Positions 1-14,039 of a stretch of 64,000 nucleotides of DNA are shown one piece after another. The stretch lies in the NCBI RefSeq assembly GCF_009914755.1, contig NC_060947.1; one strand, given 5' to 3'. The DNA comes from the human T2T-CHM13v2.0 reference genome, Homo sapiens. The notes under the pieces were generated by a model, which saw only the letters and a list, made by a program, of their open reading frames with translations, did not search any database and was not told where the DNA came from. Position 1 is the first letter of the stretch; the number at the start of each line of letters is the position of its first letter. The translations under genes and the position numbers were made by a program.

Positions 1-183
1 CAAATCAGAGCCAGGGTCCTGGTGGACTTGTTATCTCATACACACAGTTCTAGCCTAGATTTCTCATGTTCTGAGTGGATTTGATGTTTTGGAATAAACT
101 GGCAAAGAGTAGTGATCTCTAAACACTTTGCTGCTTAAATCCATGTGAATTTAAAAATTTTATGCCACGTTGCACCATTACAC

Positions 184-782
184 AGTGGTTGACACCTTCT
201 AAAATGGCCCCCACGATTCCCCGCTCCCAGTGTTCATGCCCTTGTGTAGTCCCCACTTTGAGTGTGGGCTGGACCTAGTAACTTGACATTGGCAAACAGA
301 ATGTGGCACAAGTCATGGGATATTACTTTCAAGATTAAGTTCTAAAGAATGTTATTTCAGCTGTGCTTTCTCTCTGACTCTTCTCATTTGTTCTCTCTGG
401 TGAAGCAGGCCATCATATTGGGAACTGCTCTACAGAAAGGCTCATGCAGCAAGAAACAGAGGGTGTCTTCTGGCCAATAGCTAGCTAGGAATGGAGCCCT
501 CAGTCCAACAGGCTTTGAGGAAGCGAATCCTGCCCACAACCACTTGCATGAACTTGGAAGTGTCTTCTCCCCCAGCTTAGCCTTGAGATGATTATAGCCC
601 CTGCTCAACACCTTGATTCCAGCCTTGATTCCGTACAGACCTTAAGAGACCTGAGCCAGAGGACCCAGCTAAGCCACTCCCAGATTCCTGTCCCATAGAA
701 ACTGTGAGGTAATAAATATTGTTGTTTGAAGTTGTTATATTTTAGGATTATTTGTTATGCAGCAATAGGTGACTGATATACA
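184..782 (+). mobile_element. MaLR solo LTR (MLT1E/MLT1F-like)
   Basis: Starts ..tctaaaatggcccccacgattcccc..gtgttcatgcccttgtgtagtcc; has cagccagcaagaaac/ccctcagtcc motifs; ends aataaat..gttatgcagcaataggtgactgatat, the typical MLT1 3' end. Confidence 0.8.
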
Positions 783-2169
783 CACTAAAGTCATTCCACT
801 CTTAGGTCAGTGGTATAATATTATGTCATCGAGTGCAGCAAAACACAGCTGTGAGGGCAAAGTGTTAAACTTGAACTCTAGTCCCTAATGGGTAGAGAGG
901 CACCCTGAGGTAGGGGGAAAGCAACCAACCATGACACACAGAAGTGAAGGCTACTGAGAAATGAAAGAGAATCAACCTGTAGCATGGAAATGGGAAGTTC
1001 ATTATTTCCAGCAAGAAAACAAAACGATGCAAACTGGGCACGATAGGGGTGGGCAGAAGTAAGCAGAAGAACAAAGAGTGGTGGTAAGAATATCAGGTGG
1101 AGTTTCCACTGCAGTAGGGAAGGGGCACTGGAAAGAAAAAGATCTAGTGTTCTAGGAGCACTGGGGATTCATGGAATAAAATGGTGATTGTGGTTTCAGA
1201 TTAAACCAAACCATTTCCTATACAGCAGAGAAAGACACTCTCCTGTCTTCACTCCCCACTCCACCTCCGCCAGTTTCCTTTCCCTAAAGTGAGATTTTAG
1301 AAATACATACTTACAGGCAGTAAAACCAGGGAATTTGTAAAACTTTTAAGCTTGATTGTAGTCTAGACATAATATGTGTTATGTTTTTTTAAAATCAGGC
1401 TTGTATTAGGGTCAAATGATATGTGTAGTCCATAGATTAGGTATTCAAGGATAATACAAATGAAATATTCTAGGCAGTCATTACACTCATTAGACACTTG
1501 CCACTCAAAGTGTGCTCCATAGCTTTCTTCCTTAAATCTACACTCAACATACTTCACCAGCCAGGCTAGAGGATGCAACTCTATGATTATTTTAAGTTTA
1601 CTTCATAATCTTGCGATTTCACCTGAAGCAAAGATACCAGCTTTTCTCTCAACAGCCAAATCTCCCACACTCTCATTTTCGATAGTCACAGCAGGAGTTT
1701 GAGTTTCTCTTTCTAGAAGGATCTCTGGCTGGGACTTGCTGTTCCTGTACAGCTTTTAGAACCTCATGCATGCACTTCTATTTAAAAGTTGTCTGTCTAC
1801 AAATGCTTAAGAGAGCAGACAATCTGGTTTATCCTTCCCTTTTAGGTAGTTTGTGCTGGAAAGAAATTTCTATGTTTTTGTGACAAGAGGAGACAAGACC
1901 CTACAAAAAGAAGGCATGATAGAAGATAGGTTGGGAACAAGGTCAGTATTCAGCTCGTAAGCACCAGCATGTCTGACTGGATGATAAAATATTGAAGTAC
2001 AGGACTTCAGTGCCGGTTAGGCAATGAACACTGCCCTGAGCCACCTGGGGGCCCCCTCTGCATGACTCAGCATGCATGGCCTAGCAGGGTTCTTCAGGAC
2101 AGCTTAACTCAAGGGCCATGATATTCTATGTGTTCTCATTTTGTGTCCCACACTTGGTGAATCCTGGAG

Positions 2170-2272
2170 TAGTTTATGCTTAGGAGTCAAAAGACCCGGG
2201 TTTTATCTGGCTCCACTGTTTGCACACCTCATCACAAGGTCTTAGTTTCTTCACCTACAAAACATAAAGTAA
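2170..2272 (+). mobile_element. MIR fragment
   Basis: ggagtcaaaagacccgggtttt..tggctccact..cttagtttcttcacctacaaaa matches the MIR core. Confidence 0.6.
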
Positions 2273-2889
2273 CTGTTAAATCAACTGTTTCTAAAGTGTC
2301 TTGTGCCATAACAATAAAAGCTACTGTAGCTTTTGAGTTTCTTGTCCAGTTATAATAATGGGCTCTCACATCTTCTATCTGCTAAGGTGCTTTCTTGTCC
2401 CTTAGGCCTATGGAGTTGCCCAGAAAATTCAGCTATAGTTTTGTAGCTAGCATAGAGGATTGGGAGGTTGAGGCTTCCTCTTCAGGGGTGGTTGTGGTTG
2501 TGGTTGTTGTAGGGATGTTTAACTCTTTGTCACACATCTCATTTTGGAAATACATTTTCAAACATGCTGCACATTTGCCCATCTTCTCAAAGAAGGTGTC
2601 AAGCATTGTTTCATCTGCTGTGTCTCAAGGCACACATCATGATCATCAAACATTGCCGTCTTTCCCTGGTGTTGGTCTCCGTTTAGGATTGCGAGACAAA
2701 ATGAGTATGTCCAAAGCATACTTAGTTAAAAATTATTCACTATTTATGTGAAATTCAAACTTAACTGGGTTTCCTGCTAAATCAAGCTAGTCTAAGTCTC
2801 CGCTAGCCTCTTCCATTTCTAATGTGTTGCCTCTAATCTGTGGCAGGGTGGGGTTGAAAATGGAGCTCGAAATTATAGAGTTGCCAAGA

Positions 2890-3810
2890 GTATAAAGTTC
2901 TCAATTCTTTTCCATTTACACTCACTTCTCTATAGCTTCAAATATTATCTGTCTTCTTACCAAACCTATTTTCCCAACTCCTCTCCCCTGAGTTCTAGGA
3001 CTCTTGGACCCAGTAACCTCCTCACCCTGATGAGCTGGCAATTGAGATCTCAAACCTGGATTCTTTTTTTTTTTTTTTGGAGTAAGTCTCACTCTGCTGC
3101 TCAGGCTGGAGTGCAGTGGTGCAATCTTGGCTCATTGGCTCACTGCAACATCTGCCTCTTGGGTTCAAGTGATTCTCCTGCCTCAGCCTCCCGAGTAGCT
3201 GGAATTACAGGTGTGTGCCACCACACCCAGCTAATTTTTGTATTTTTAGTAGAGATGGGGTTTCACCATATTGGCCAGGCTGGTCTCAAACTCCTGGCCT
3301 CAAATGATCTTCCCACCTTGGCCTCCCAAAGTGCTGGGATTACAGGTGTGAGCCACTGTGCCCCGTCCAAAGCAGGATTCTTGATTCTCCCTACCTCTCC
3401 AAGAATTCCCCCATTCCACCAGTTTCTCCTGCTATATTCTACATGTCAGTACGTAGTACTGAGCACCAACAATCTAAGAGCCATCTTGGATGCTGATCTG
3501 TTTTGTCCACATATTTTCTAGTCCATCAACTTGTTCTGGTGGCTTGTAGCTCTCTCTCCAAACATTTCTCCAATGCCTCCTTTCTTCTCCATTCCTACTG
3601 CTAAAATCCCACTCTATGCCATTATCCCCTCTTTCCTGGACTAATACCATGAATTGAGCAAGTCTCTTGGAATACCTTCTTGTCTCCTTTCTCCCTGCAA
3701 GCAGCAGCCAAGGGACCGTCTCAAAGCAGCAATCAGATCACATCACAAGCCCCCTCCCTCATCTCATTGTTTCACACATTTAAAGCCCTACAGCAGTTCC
3801 CTGTTGAAAC
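2890..3810 (+). mobile_element. L2 fragment interrupted by an Alu
   Basis: ctctcccctgag..gagatctcaaac..tccattcctactgcta..tctttcctggacta..cagcagcca..tcagatcacatcac, the L2 3' region. Confidence 0.65.
3062..3367 (-). mobile_element. Alu (AluS-like), full length
   Basis: polyT followed by gtctcactctg..gctggagtgcagtgg..ctcccaaagtgctgggattacaggtgtgagcc. Confidence 0.95.
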
Positions 3811-3837
3811 TATCGGCTAGAAGTTGATAAGTTTGTA

Positions 3838-4040
3838 ACAAAGGTTCTGAAATGGGAGTAATTTTGTCCCCCAGGGGACATTTGGCAATGTTTAGAGACA
3901 TCTTTGGTTGTCACCACTTGGAGGTGATACTGGCATCTAGTGGGTAGGGCCCAAGGATGCTGCTAAACATTCTCCAATGCCCAGGACAGGCCCCCACAAC
4001 TAAGAATGGCCAGCCCCGAATGTCACCGAGAAGCTCCAGC
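3838..4040 (+). mobile_element. MER20 (hAT-Charlie MITE)
   Basis: attttgtcccccaggggacatttggcaatg..actggcatctagtgggtag..gatgctgctaaacat..caggacagg. Confidence 0.9.
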
Positions 4041-4947
4041 CTAAAGTGAGCAGTATCACAGTGTTTAAGATGAAAGAGTCAGGGACTCTGCCCCCAGCTC
4101 TAGCTGGAAAGTTCTTGTGCCAACAAGCCACTCATCTGCATTAATGAACATCTTCATTCAACTGCTCCCTTCAGCTGTTGCTAGGCAGGACCTTGATAGA
4201 GATGCAACAGAGAGAAGCTGAGCTGTGCTGAGAGGCTTGTACATTCTCACCAAGAAGCATAACTAGGGTGCTTGGAGTTGACATAACCCTGAGCAAATCA
4301 TACCCTCATTAAAGAATAATCCAATTTAAAAAGAAAGTCTTGTGTACTCATGGGTTGTTTTTCCAAAGTTCTCAGAGGACAGATCATGAAAGCTTTGAAC
4401 CACCAGACTGTACATGGCTGCCCAGTGAATTTGCAGAAAACAAAGGCCTCTGATTTTTTTTCCTCCAAGCTGTTAGTCTTAAGTGAAACAGGGTAAGAAA
4501 GTTCTGTTTATTATCTTTTGACAATTAAAGGATGACATAGGCAATGTGTTTTGATCTCTCACAAAAACTATGAAATTTTATTTCTTCTGGCGAAACATCT
4601 TTTCCAACAACATTCAACAAATTAACAAGAGCAACTTCAGAATGTGTGTTTTTTCCACCTAAAAATGCAAAAACAACTGTTCTTTTTGGCTTTATTAAGC
4701 TAAACAGACTTGATATAAGTCTAGCCTTTCCTGCTACTGAATAATCTCATGTAATATGAATACAGCCACCGAAGAGCTAATAATTGCTAATTATATCCCT
4801 CAACTAGATTTCCTGTTAACCATTTTTAACTTGGGTTTCCCCAGTGGGTAGGAAGCATTCTACGGTGTGGTTTACCAGAGAAGCCCTCTGAAATCCCCTT
4901 TCGTTTGATAGGGTAAAGCCAAAACCTATCTTTGCCTGACAGGTTCC

Positions 4948-4958
4948 TATATATACAC

Positions 4959-5035
<77 letters not shown>

Positions 5036-5095
5036 ATGTATATGTATACATAACATTTATAAATATATGTTAATATTTATAAATATTATATATAT
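4948..5095. repeat. (TACATA)n microsatellite and AT-rich tract
   Basis: About 12 perfect TACATA units at 4960-5032, seen directly. Confidence 0.95.
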
Positions 5096-5298
5096 AATTT
5101 CAACTTTTAGATTCATGGAGTACATGTGTAGGTTTGTTACATGGCGTATTACATAATAGTGAGGTTTGGGATGTGAATGATCTGATCCCTTCACCCGGGT
5201 GGTGAACATAGGACCCAACAGTTAGTTTTTCAACGCTAGCCCCTCTCCCTCCCTCTGTCATCTAGTAGTCCCCAGTGTCTATTGTTTCCATATTTAGG
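5096..5298 (-). mobile_element. 5'-truncated L1PA/L1PB 3' end
   Basis: tttcaacttttagattcatggagtacatgtgtaggtttgttacatgg..agtagtccccagtgtctattgtt; TSD tgYctgacaggtt at 4933-4945 and 5299-5311. Confidence 0.85.
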
Positions 5299-5458
5299 TG
5301 TCTGACAGGTTTCAAGAGCCCTGCAGTGACAAATAGACTAAGTAAAAGACAGGGACATGGTTTTGGCAGAAGACTGCATGAGAGACACAAAATGGATGTT
5401 CATAGGAGTCAGATATGTTGAGGGCTTAAGAATAGGATATTTTGGACTATCTTTATGC

Positions 5459-5644
5459 CAGTAGCTCTCAACTCTGGCTTCATATTAGAATCACTTGGAG
5501 ATCTCTTTAAAAAGCACCAAAACCTGGGTTGGGCCCCAATCTCAGAGTTTCTGATTTAGTTGGCCTGGGGAATGACCAGGGCATAGGGATTTTTTAAAGT
5601 TTCCCAAGTGACTCTAATGAACATTGAGGGTTGAAAACCACTGC
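5459..5644. mobile_element. MER5 (hAT-Charlie MITE)
   Basis: cagtagctctcaac..cattagaatcacttggag..ttctgatttagttgg..ccaagtgactctaatg..gttgaaaaccactg with TIRs. Confidence 0.85.
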
Positions 5645-5650
5645 TCTAGA

Positions 5651-5858
5651 CCAGGATTTCTTCACCTCAGCACTATTGATATTTTGGACTGCATCATTGT
5701 CCCGTGCGTGGTAGGATGTTTTGCAGCATCCCTGGCTTCTACCCACTAGATGCCAGTAGCACCCCTTCCCCAGTTGTGATAACTCAAAACGTCTCCAAAC
5801 ATTGCCAAATGTTCCCTGGGAAACAAAATCACCCCCTTCCCACATTGAGAGTCACTGT
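5651..5858 (-). mobile_element. MER20
   Basis: ttcacctcagcactattgatattttgg..ctacccactagatgccagtagcacc..aacattgccaaatgttccctgg. Confidence 0.9.
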
Positions 5859-6081
5859 CTTGGCTACTGCATGTTAACTGTAGTTACACAGATAGTATGG
5901 TGGGTAAGTAGATGAGGGGTTGGAGATTCAACTCTATAAAATAAATACTAAGGAATAAGGAATAAAACAGTTGTTCAATGTCCCATCCTCAGCCCAGAGG
6001 CAGGATTAGTGGTTATCGTCTCTGACTGTACACTGAAACACCTTTCTTCTGGATTATAGGCACACAAACTAAACTGGCTCC

Positions 6082-7341
<1,260 letters not shown>

Positions 7342-7496
7342 TACACAATCCATGGTCAAAATCATTTATATAGTGTTAAAAATTTATCTCTGAAAGGAAA
7401 AGAAATGATTCCCTCTTTAATATAGTCTTTTTTTCCCTGTAGGAAGCCTTCTCTCCTCTTCCATTCAATACTCCTCCAGAGATAACTTTCTAGCTC

Positions 7497-7715
7497 TGGG
7501 CTGCCCAATATGGTGGTCACTAGCCACGTGTGGCTTGCTAAAAGTAAACTTAAATTAATTCAAATTAAATAGAAGTAAAAATTCAGTTCCTTAATCACAA
7601 TAGTTATATTTCAGTGGCTCAACAGTCACTGCAACATTTGAGCTAGTGGCTAGTGGCTGTAACATTTTAATGCGGAAATAGAACATTTTCATCACTGCAG
7701 AAAACTGGACAGCAG
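7497..7715. mobile_element. MER3-like hAT MITE
   Basis: gctgcccaatatggtggtcactagccacgtgtggct..aaattcagttcct..tagaacattttcatcactgcagaaa. Confidence 0.75.
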
Positions 7716-7729
7716 TTTATAACCATAGA

Positions 7730-8280
7730 GCTTATGGTGACATTGGCATGCTTAAAAACCTCTGTTAGTTCCCATTGCCTCTAGGATCAAGTTCAGTCAT
7801 CTAGCTTGGCATTTAATATATTTTACTATCTAACTTCAGATGTCTCTTCCAAACCCCTCTTTGCTCCTTAGACTCCTTTGAGCAGCCCATTCCTTTACAG
7901 GAAAGATCAACGCACTTCCCTACCTCCCAGCCTTTGTCCATGTTATTTTATCTATCATGGATACCCTTTCTCTAATTCCACTTGGCAAATTCATGCTTGA
8001 TCTTCAGAGTCAATTCAAATGTCCCTCCAACCTCCCTTCCCACCTTAGTTCTCCGGATACCAAATAATTGCTCCATTCACTGTCACCCCACGGGACTTGC
8101 ATACCTGTTAATTGCATACATGTCACATTTTGTCATGGTTGTGTCTCTGTCTCCCATGCTTAATTCGGTGCTCCTGAAGGTGAAGGAGTGGCTTTATTTC
8201 TCTTTGTATGACCAAAGGCCAGCACAATGTAGGCAATCACATTTCAAAGAAATAATCAACTGGCTAACGAATAAAATGGC
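7730..8280 (+). mobile_element. L2 3' fragment
   Basis: cccattgcctctaggatcaagttc..cctcccagcctttgtccatg..ggcaaattc..ccagcacaatgtaggca. Confidence 0.6.
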
Positions 8281-8895
8281 ATGATTCATCACATTTAACA
8301 CCACAGAATTCTAACAGCCCACACCTGCATGCAGTTGATAGAATTCTGGGATTGTTCTTGATGTTCTCTGGGATAAGAACAACTGCCTTTAATTTTATTA
8401 GCAGGATGAGCATATTTGGTGACTTAGAGGTCTCTATACTGAGATAGACGATAAATTTATTTAAAGGTTGTATCTGCTGGGTTGATAGTCACAAAGAGTA
8501 AGAAAGAAAATGCAAAGGAAATTTATTGTTCTTATATGTAGACTTCATCTCTGATATCAGTTAAACAGAAATATCTCAAAAGAATGAACATTAAGCTACA
8601 GAAAATCATTAAAAAGATCAGATTAATATTATAGCAACACAGTGTTTCTTCCCTAACACGCTCTTGGTTCTCTCTAAAAGGTCATTTGTCTGTACTACCA
8701 AACTCAGAGCTGTATCTTACACTTCCTTTCTCTTTTCCTCAGCACCTAACAGTGTCCAGTTCATAGCTGGTCCTCAGTTAATACTTGTTGAATAATTAAG
8801 ATTAAAAAAAAAAAAGAAAACAGGTGGTTATAATGGAGGGGGTGGTGTGAACACCAAATTAAACAAGATTGAGTGAAATTACTTTTCAAGACTAC

Positions 8896-9383
8896 ATCAA
8901 CTTTCTATTACTGCCGTGGCAAATTACAACTAACTTAGTAGCTTAAAACAATACACATTTATTATCTCATGGTTTTATAGGTTAAAAGTCCAACGCAAAT
9001 CTCACTGCGTTAAAATCAAGGTGCCAGCTGCACAGCATGCCTTCTGGAAGATTTAGGGGAGATTTTCTTGCCTTGCCTTTTTCACCTTCTGCAGGCTACC
9101 AGAATTCCCTGCAAAAGGTGAAAAAGGCAATTTCAGTGGCGGGCCAAGTCCTTCTGGTGCTGCCGTCAGATCTCCCTCTGACCACAGCCCAAAAAGTTTA
9201 TCCGATTTTAAGGACCTATATGATTAGATAGAGTCCACTAAGCCAACCCAGGATAATCTTCCCATCTCAAGACCTATACCTTTAATCCCATCTGCAAACT
9301 CCCCTTTGCCATGTAACACATTCACAAGTTCTAGGGGCTAGAGTGTAGAAATCTTTAGGGGACCATTATTCTGCCTGCTACAG
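8896..9383 (-). mobile_element. MaLR solo LTR (MLT1C/D-like)
   Basis: aaattacaactaacttagtagcttaaaacaatacacatttattatctc..ccaggataatcttcccatctcaag..ccattattctgcctgctaca. Confidence 0.8.
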
Positions 9384-10128
9384 GGGAGTCACATAGAATG
9401 ACTAGAATTACAAAGAAAAAAACAAGCAACTGCTACATGTCCCTGGTCTTCTCATAAGCAGCATGAAATATAAATGCTTAAGCTTTAGATTTGAATAGTT
9501 TCCTAGAGCTATTTTTAAAATGGCTTTTTTTCCTTAGTATACTGATAATAAATGCGAACTGTCAATAGTTTGGAAACACAAAAGACTTTGAAGAAAAAAA
9601 AACCACCCTAAATCCCACCAAGCAGTCCTAACCAGTTACTATTTATATGTCTATTCTTCTGATATTATGTAAATGCATATCAAATTTATATATGCATTAA
9701 AAATATTAATTTATTCTAAATGATTCCTTTAAGTAGCCTATTTCCCCTCTAAATATTATCCTAAATATGTTCTCATGGCATTAAAGATTTTTCAAAAAAG
9801 ATTATTTCTCCTCACTCTACCACATTGGCACCATATTATTGCCTCTGAATTTATGTGTTTATTATCCCATTGTTGAACATAAAAGGGTTATTTTTAGGCC
9901 TTTGCATTTATAAATAGTAGGTTTAGAAAAAGATGTATTCAAAAATCTGTATATACAGCTCTGATTATTTTCTTAAGGGTGTAAATGAGGAATTATCGCA
10001 TCAGAGACCATTTTAAGACCACTGGTACTCGTCACCTCATTTCCCTCCATAATGACTACACCAGATTTACCCCCACGAGCAGTGTACAAAAGTGCCCTTT
10101 GCAATGAACTCTGAGCAGTGTTTACCAG

Positions 10129-10543
10129 TGCTATGGACTAAATTATGGCTCTTTCCCCAAAATTCATATGTTTAAGCCCTAGCCACCAATGTGATTAGAT
10201 TTGAAGGTAAGGCTTTTAGGAGGTAATTAAGGTTAAATGAGGTCATAAGGGTGGGGTCCTAATCCAATAGAATTGGTGGCCTTATAGGAAGAGGAAGAGA
10301 GAGAGAGATCTCCTTCACATACATACGACATGCACATGCACTGAGGAAAGGCCACATGAGGACATAGTGAGAAGTTGGCTATTTCCAAGCCAGCAAGAGG
10401 GCCCTCACCAGAAACAGAATTGGCTGTCACCTTGAACCTGGATTTTCCAGCCTCAGGAACTGCAAAAAAATGAATTTCTGTCATTTAAGCTACCTAGTCT
10501 ATGGTAGCTTTTTATGGCAGCCTGAGCTAATGAGCTAATGCAA
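10129..10543 (+). mobile_element. MaLR solo LTR (MLT1A-like)
   Basis: tgctatggact..ccccaaaattcatatgtt..ggtaattaaggttaaatgaggtcataagggtgggg..cagcctcaggaactg. Confidence 0.85.
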
Positions 10544-11464
10544 TGATGGGTGAAAAATGATGTCCTTGTTCTATTAATTGGTGATGATTTGATTTCTAGA
10601 AGAATGGTCATTTTGTTTACAGACCACTTTTCATGTCTCTGGGAAAATTCAGAGTCTATTGTTGGACTCTAAAACAGAATGTTACAAAAATCATAAGGCA
10701 TAGAGGACTGAAATTCAATAGCACTTCCACAGAGCTAGAATTGTGTTCTTTAGAATAATGCATTTTTAAATGTCTGCATCAATCAGAACAAATGCTTTAA
10801 TCTACTTACATAAGCCCTTTTTGATTTTAGTCCCCATTTGTCTATTTTTAAAGGCTTAAAGATCTAGCTACAAGAGTACCAAGAAAACTCTTTTGCCTTT
10901 GTAGATGAAGTTCACAACATGTGTGCTAAAGTATTTGATTCCTTCAAGCACCATGTGAGTTAGGTGGTGTTGAGGTTGATTGGACAGTATGGATGGTGGA
11001 AGGAATTGATTGACTTGAAGGACATGAAGATGCAAGGCTAGTGCAAGAAACCATGTGTGAAGCCAGTGCATTTGGAGGCACATGTAAAGGTCACCAACGC
11101 CTTCTCGAACAATTTATAAAATAAGAATGGGTGGGAGGAAACTGAAGACAATTTTACATCCTTGTGACTAGAAAGGAGATGTGAGCTAAGAAGAGAGTTC
11201 AAGCATGACCAAATGAAGCAGAGGCTAGCAGCCCAGGCAACAATACTCCTTCCTTGGTAGGTAATGACATTATAATGAGTAACTGCAGACAAACAAAGTC
11301 AGCAGTTCTTAGACACAGAGCAGCACCTAATGCAGCAAGTAGTACCTAGGGGAAGGTCTGGGGAGGAGTTTTAAAGGGGTTTCTAAGATAGGAAAGCGTG
11401 AAGTCTTATTATTGTACAGAAAGATTGTATCTACTCAGAGGGATGAGAGTAATCACAAATACAC

Positions 11465-11590
11465 AGTGGTTATTACACCCATTATATAGAAAATGAAACT
11501 GAGGCTCAGAAACCTCATATAGTTCCCCTAGAGATACACAATTGTTAGTGCTGAAATGTGAACTCAAACCTTCAGACGTGAAGCTGGAAA
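11465..11590 (-). mobile_element. MIR fragment
   Basis: cccattatatagaaaatgaaactgaggctcaga..tgtgaactcaaacc. Confidence 0.7.
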
Positions 11591-11859
11591 TGAATTTCCT
11601 TGGCTTCGATGTCTCCATCTCAAAAATGACTGTATTTTTGGGAAGGTTGCTTCAGAGTCCACGTTCTATTGGCCATTCCACTGATTCCGCATCTCCTTGA
11701 CAAATGAATCTTGGGCCAAAAGTTCATTGTGGGGACGCTGTTCGTGAGTATATTAATTTGACCAGATGTATTCTCATTGGAAATCATATTTAAAATGGCT
11801 TACTGGGTTTGGAGGATGCAGAAGTTAAAGAAATAAAATTGAAATATCCCCTTTCTCTG

Positions 11860-12950
11860 TTGCCTAGAACTTTACCCATTTCCCTTGTCTCCTCACCAGC
11901 ACCCTGGTGGCTTCCTCCTACCTCACAATTCCTTTTCATGCTCCTTTGGTGGGTCTTTTGCCTCTGCCTGCACCTCTAAATGTTGAGCGCCTCAGGGGTC
12001 TATCCTGGGTCTCGTATCTTTTGTCCACACTCTAACTGGGCAAACTCATCATGTCCAATATCTTTAAAATATTCACGCCCAGGATTCTAGATTCCTGTAT
12101 CCAACAGCCAACTAGATATCACTATGTGGAAGCTTAATAAGCATCTCGAACTCAACATGACCCAAGAGTATTCTCTCTTTTGCCAATCAGGTTTTTTCCA
12201 GTCTCATGTATCTCATATAGCTCCCCTAGAAATACACATATCTCAGTAAATGGTTTTACCACCCACTTAGTGCTCAAGTAATTGTTCTTGATTACTGTCT
12301 TATAGCTTCCCTCACCTTCCACACCCAATACTTCTGGAACAGCAAGTCCCGTGAATTCTATTTTCAAAGCACCTCTCAAACCTTTCAATTTTTCCCCATC
12401 TCCACTGGTATCACCACCCTTTGTCAACTGGGGCTTGTACAAAAGCCTCCTAACTAGTTTTCTCTGCTTCCACATGAATTGTTTTGTAAAAATATAAATC
12501 ACATTAGTTCTGGGCTCAAATCTCTCTAATAACTTTTCATTGCACTTAGATTAAAAATCCATCCTTCTTAATCTAGTTTATAATGTCCTTCATGAGCTAA
12601 CTTCTGCTGACCTCTGAGACCTCATCTGTCCATTCACCCATTGGCCCACTATCCTCAGCTACACTGGACATTTTTCTATCCTGACGCTTACCTAGCTTAT
12701 TCTTAACTAAGGACCTTGACTCTAACTTAACTCTGTGCCTGGAATGTCCCTCCTCCTCCACATTCTTGTGGATAGCTCCTTCTTGTCATTTACATATCAG
12801 CTCAAATGTCATCTTTCCAAAGAGGCTTTCCCTGACCATCCCATCTAAGTAAGGCCTATTTTTCTTATGTATTGATTTGTGTGTTTCTTCATTAGAGTAG
12901 TTCCATGAGAGCAGGAAGCAGATCTATCTTACTGAGGACACTCCTGGTGC
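11860..12950 (+). mobile_element. L2 fragment
   Basis: ctcctacctcac..ctctaaatgttgagcgcctcagggg..agcatctcgaactcaacatg..ctcaaatgtcatc..gaggctttccctgacc. Confidence 0.8.
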
Positions 12951-13224
12951 CAAACTATCTGGGGAAGAGGAAACCAAGAATCCAGTGCAGTCTTAGAAGA
13001 TGGGGGAGTTGCTAATGGAAGGAACCAGGTCTCTGAAAGACTTCATAGAACACAGTACCACACTTTGTGACATCCCCTGACAACCTCATTAGACTGTGAC
13101 ATAGGCAAGAAATAAATCTTGGTTGTGTTTGCCCCTGAAATTCCAGGGCTGTTTGTTACAATGGTTAACCTCTTCTGACAAATTTCATAAAATTCCATTT
13201 ACCCTCGCTTTTCCTCACTACATA

Positions 13225-13472
13225 TTATTCAGTTTAAGATTCGGTTCACTGTCCTCCAGGAAGCCTTCCTTGACTTCCCTGTGGCTGGCTTTTGTGTTCC
13301 CATGGCACCATGTGCACTGTTTCATCAGGTACTAACCACGTTGTATTATATACTGTCTCCCTCATGTGACTAAGTTTTTCCTGAGGTCAGAAACTATCTA
13401 TTTTTCTTTTTTGTGTCTTTATGGCCTATTACAATGTCTGGCGCCACAATAAATCTTTGTTAGATAAATAAA
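13225..13472 (+). mobile_element. L2 3' end
   Basis: tcctccaggaagccttcct..ctgtctccc..ctgaggtcaga..caataaatctttgttagataaataa. Confidence 0.6.
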
Positions 13473-14039
13473 CCATAGACAGCAGGCAGTTCAGGTTTTA
13501 ATGGAGGGCAACAGTATTTCTTTGCAATGGTTAACAATACTAGTAGAAACAGAATATGAAATGAAAAGTGGGGAAAGGCTTCATGAGTATGAATTTATTT
13601 GAATGAAGAAAAATTTCAATGTTACTTAGGCTGAATAAAGACAATGATCATTAAGTAATTCTAGAAAATAGAGATTATTCTAGATAAATGATCCTTATAA
13701 GATTCCTTTGATTCCTGTTAATTGCAATCCAATACATAAATATTGAAGGCTTATTATGAGCAAATTACTCTTTTTCGTATGACAAAGATGAAAATACTTC
13801 TGCCGGTTAACATTTTATAATTCTATGACCTTATGATTCTGAACACCTACGTAAGATATTTTTAAACCTTGACAGTTACATTGGGAGATTTACATCAAGA
13901 ACCAGCACTATGGAGTCAGAATTTGCATGGAGTTCTATCTTCAAAGTTTTACTACAAACCGGTGCCACTGGGTCATTTTTAGATTCAGACCATTGGTTAG
14001 TGGCTTCTCCCCACAGTGAACCGGACAGTCATGTGCCAC

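Noticed and set aside
4816-5056. MYMYMY / YVYVYV ORFs
   Set aside because: These are translations of the (TACATA)n microsatellite.
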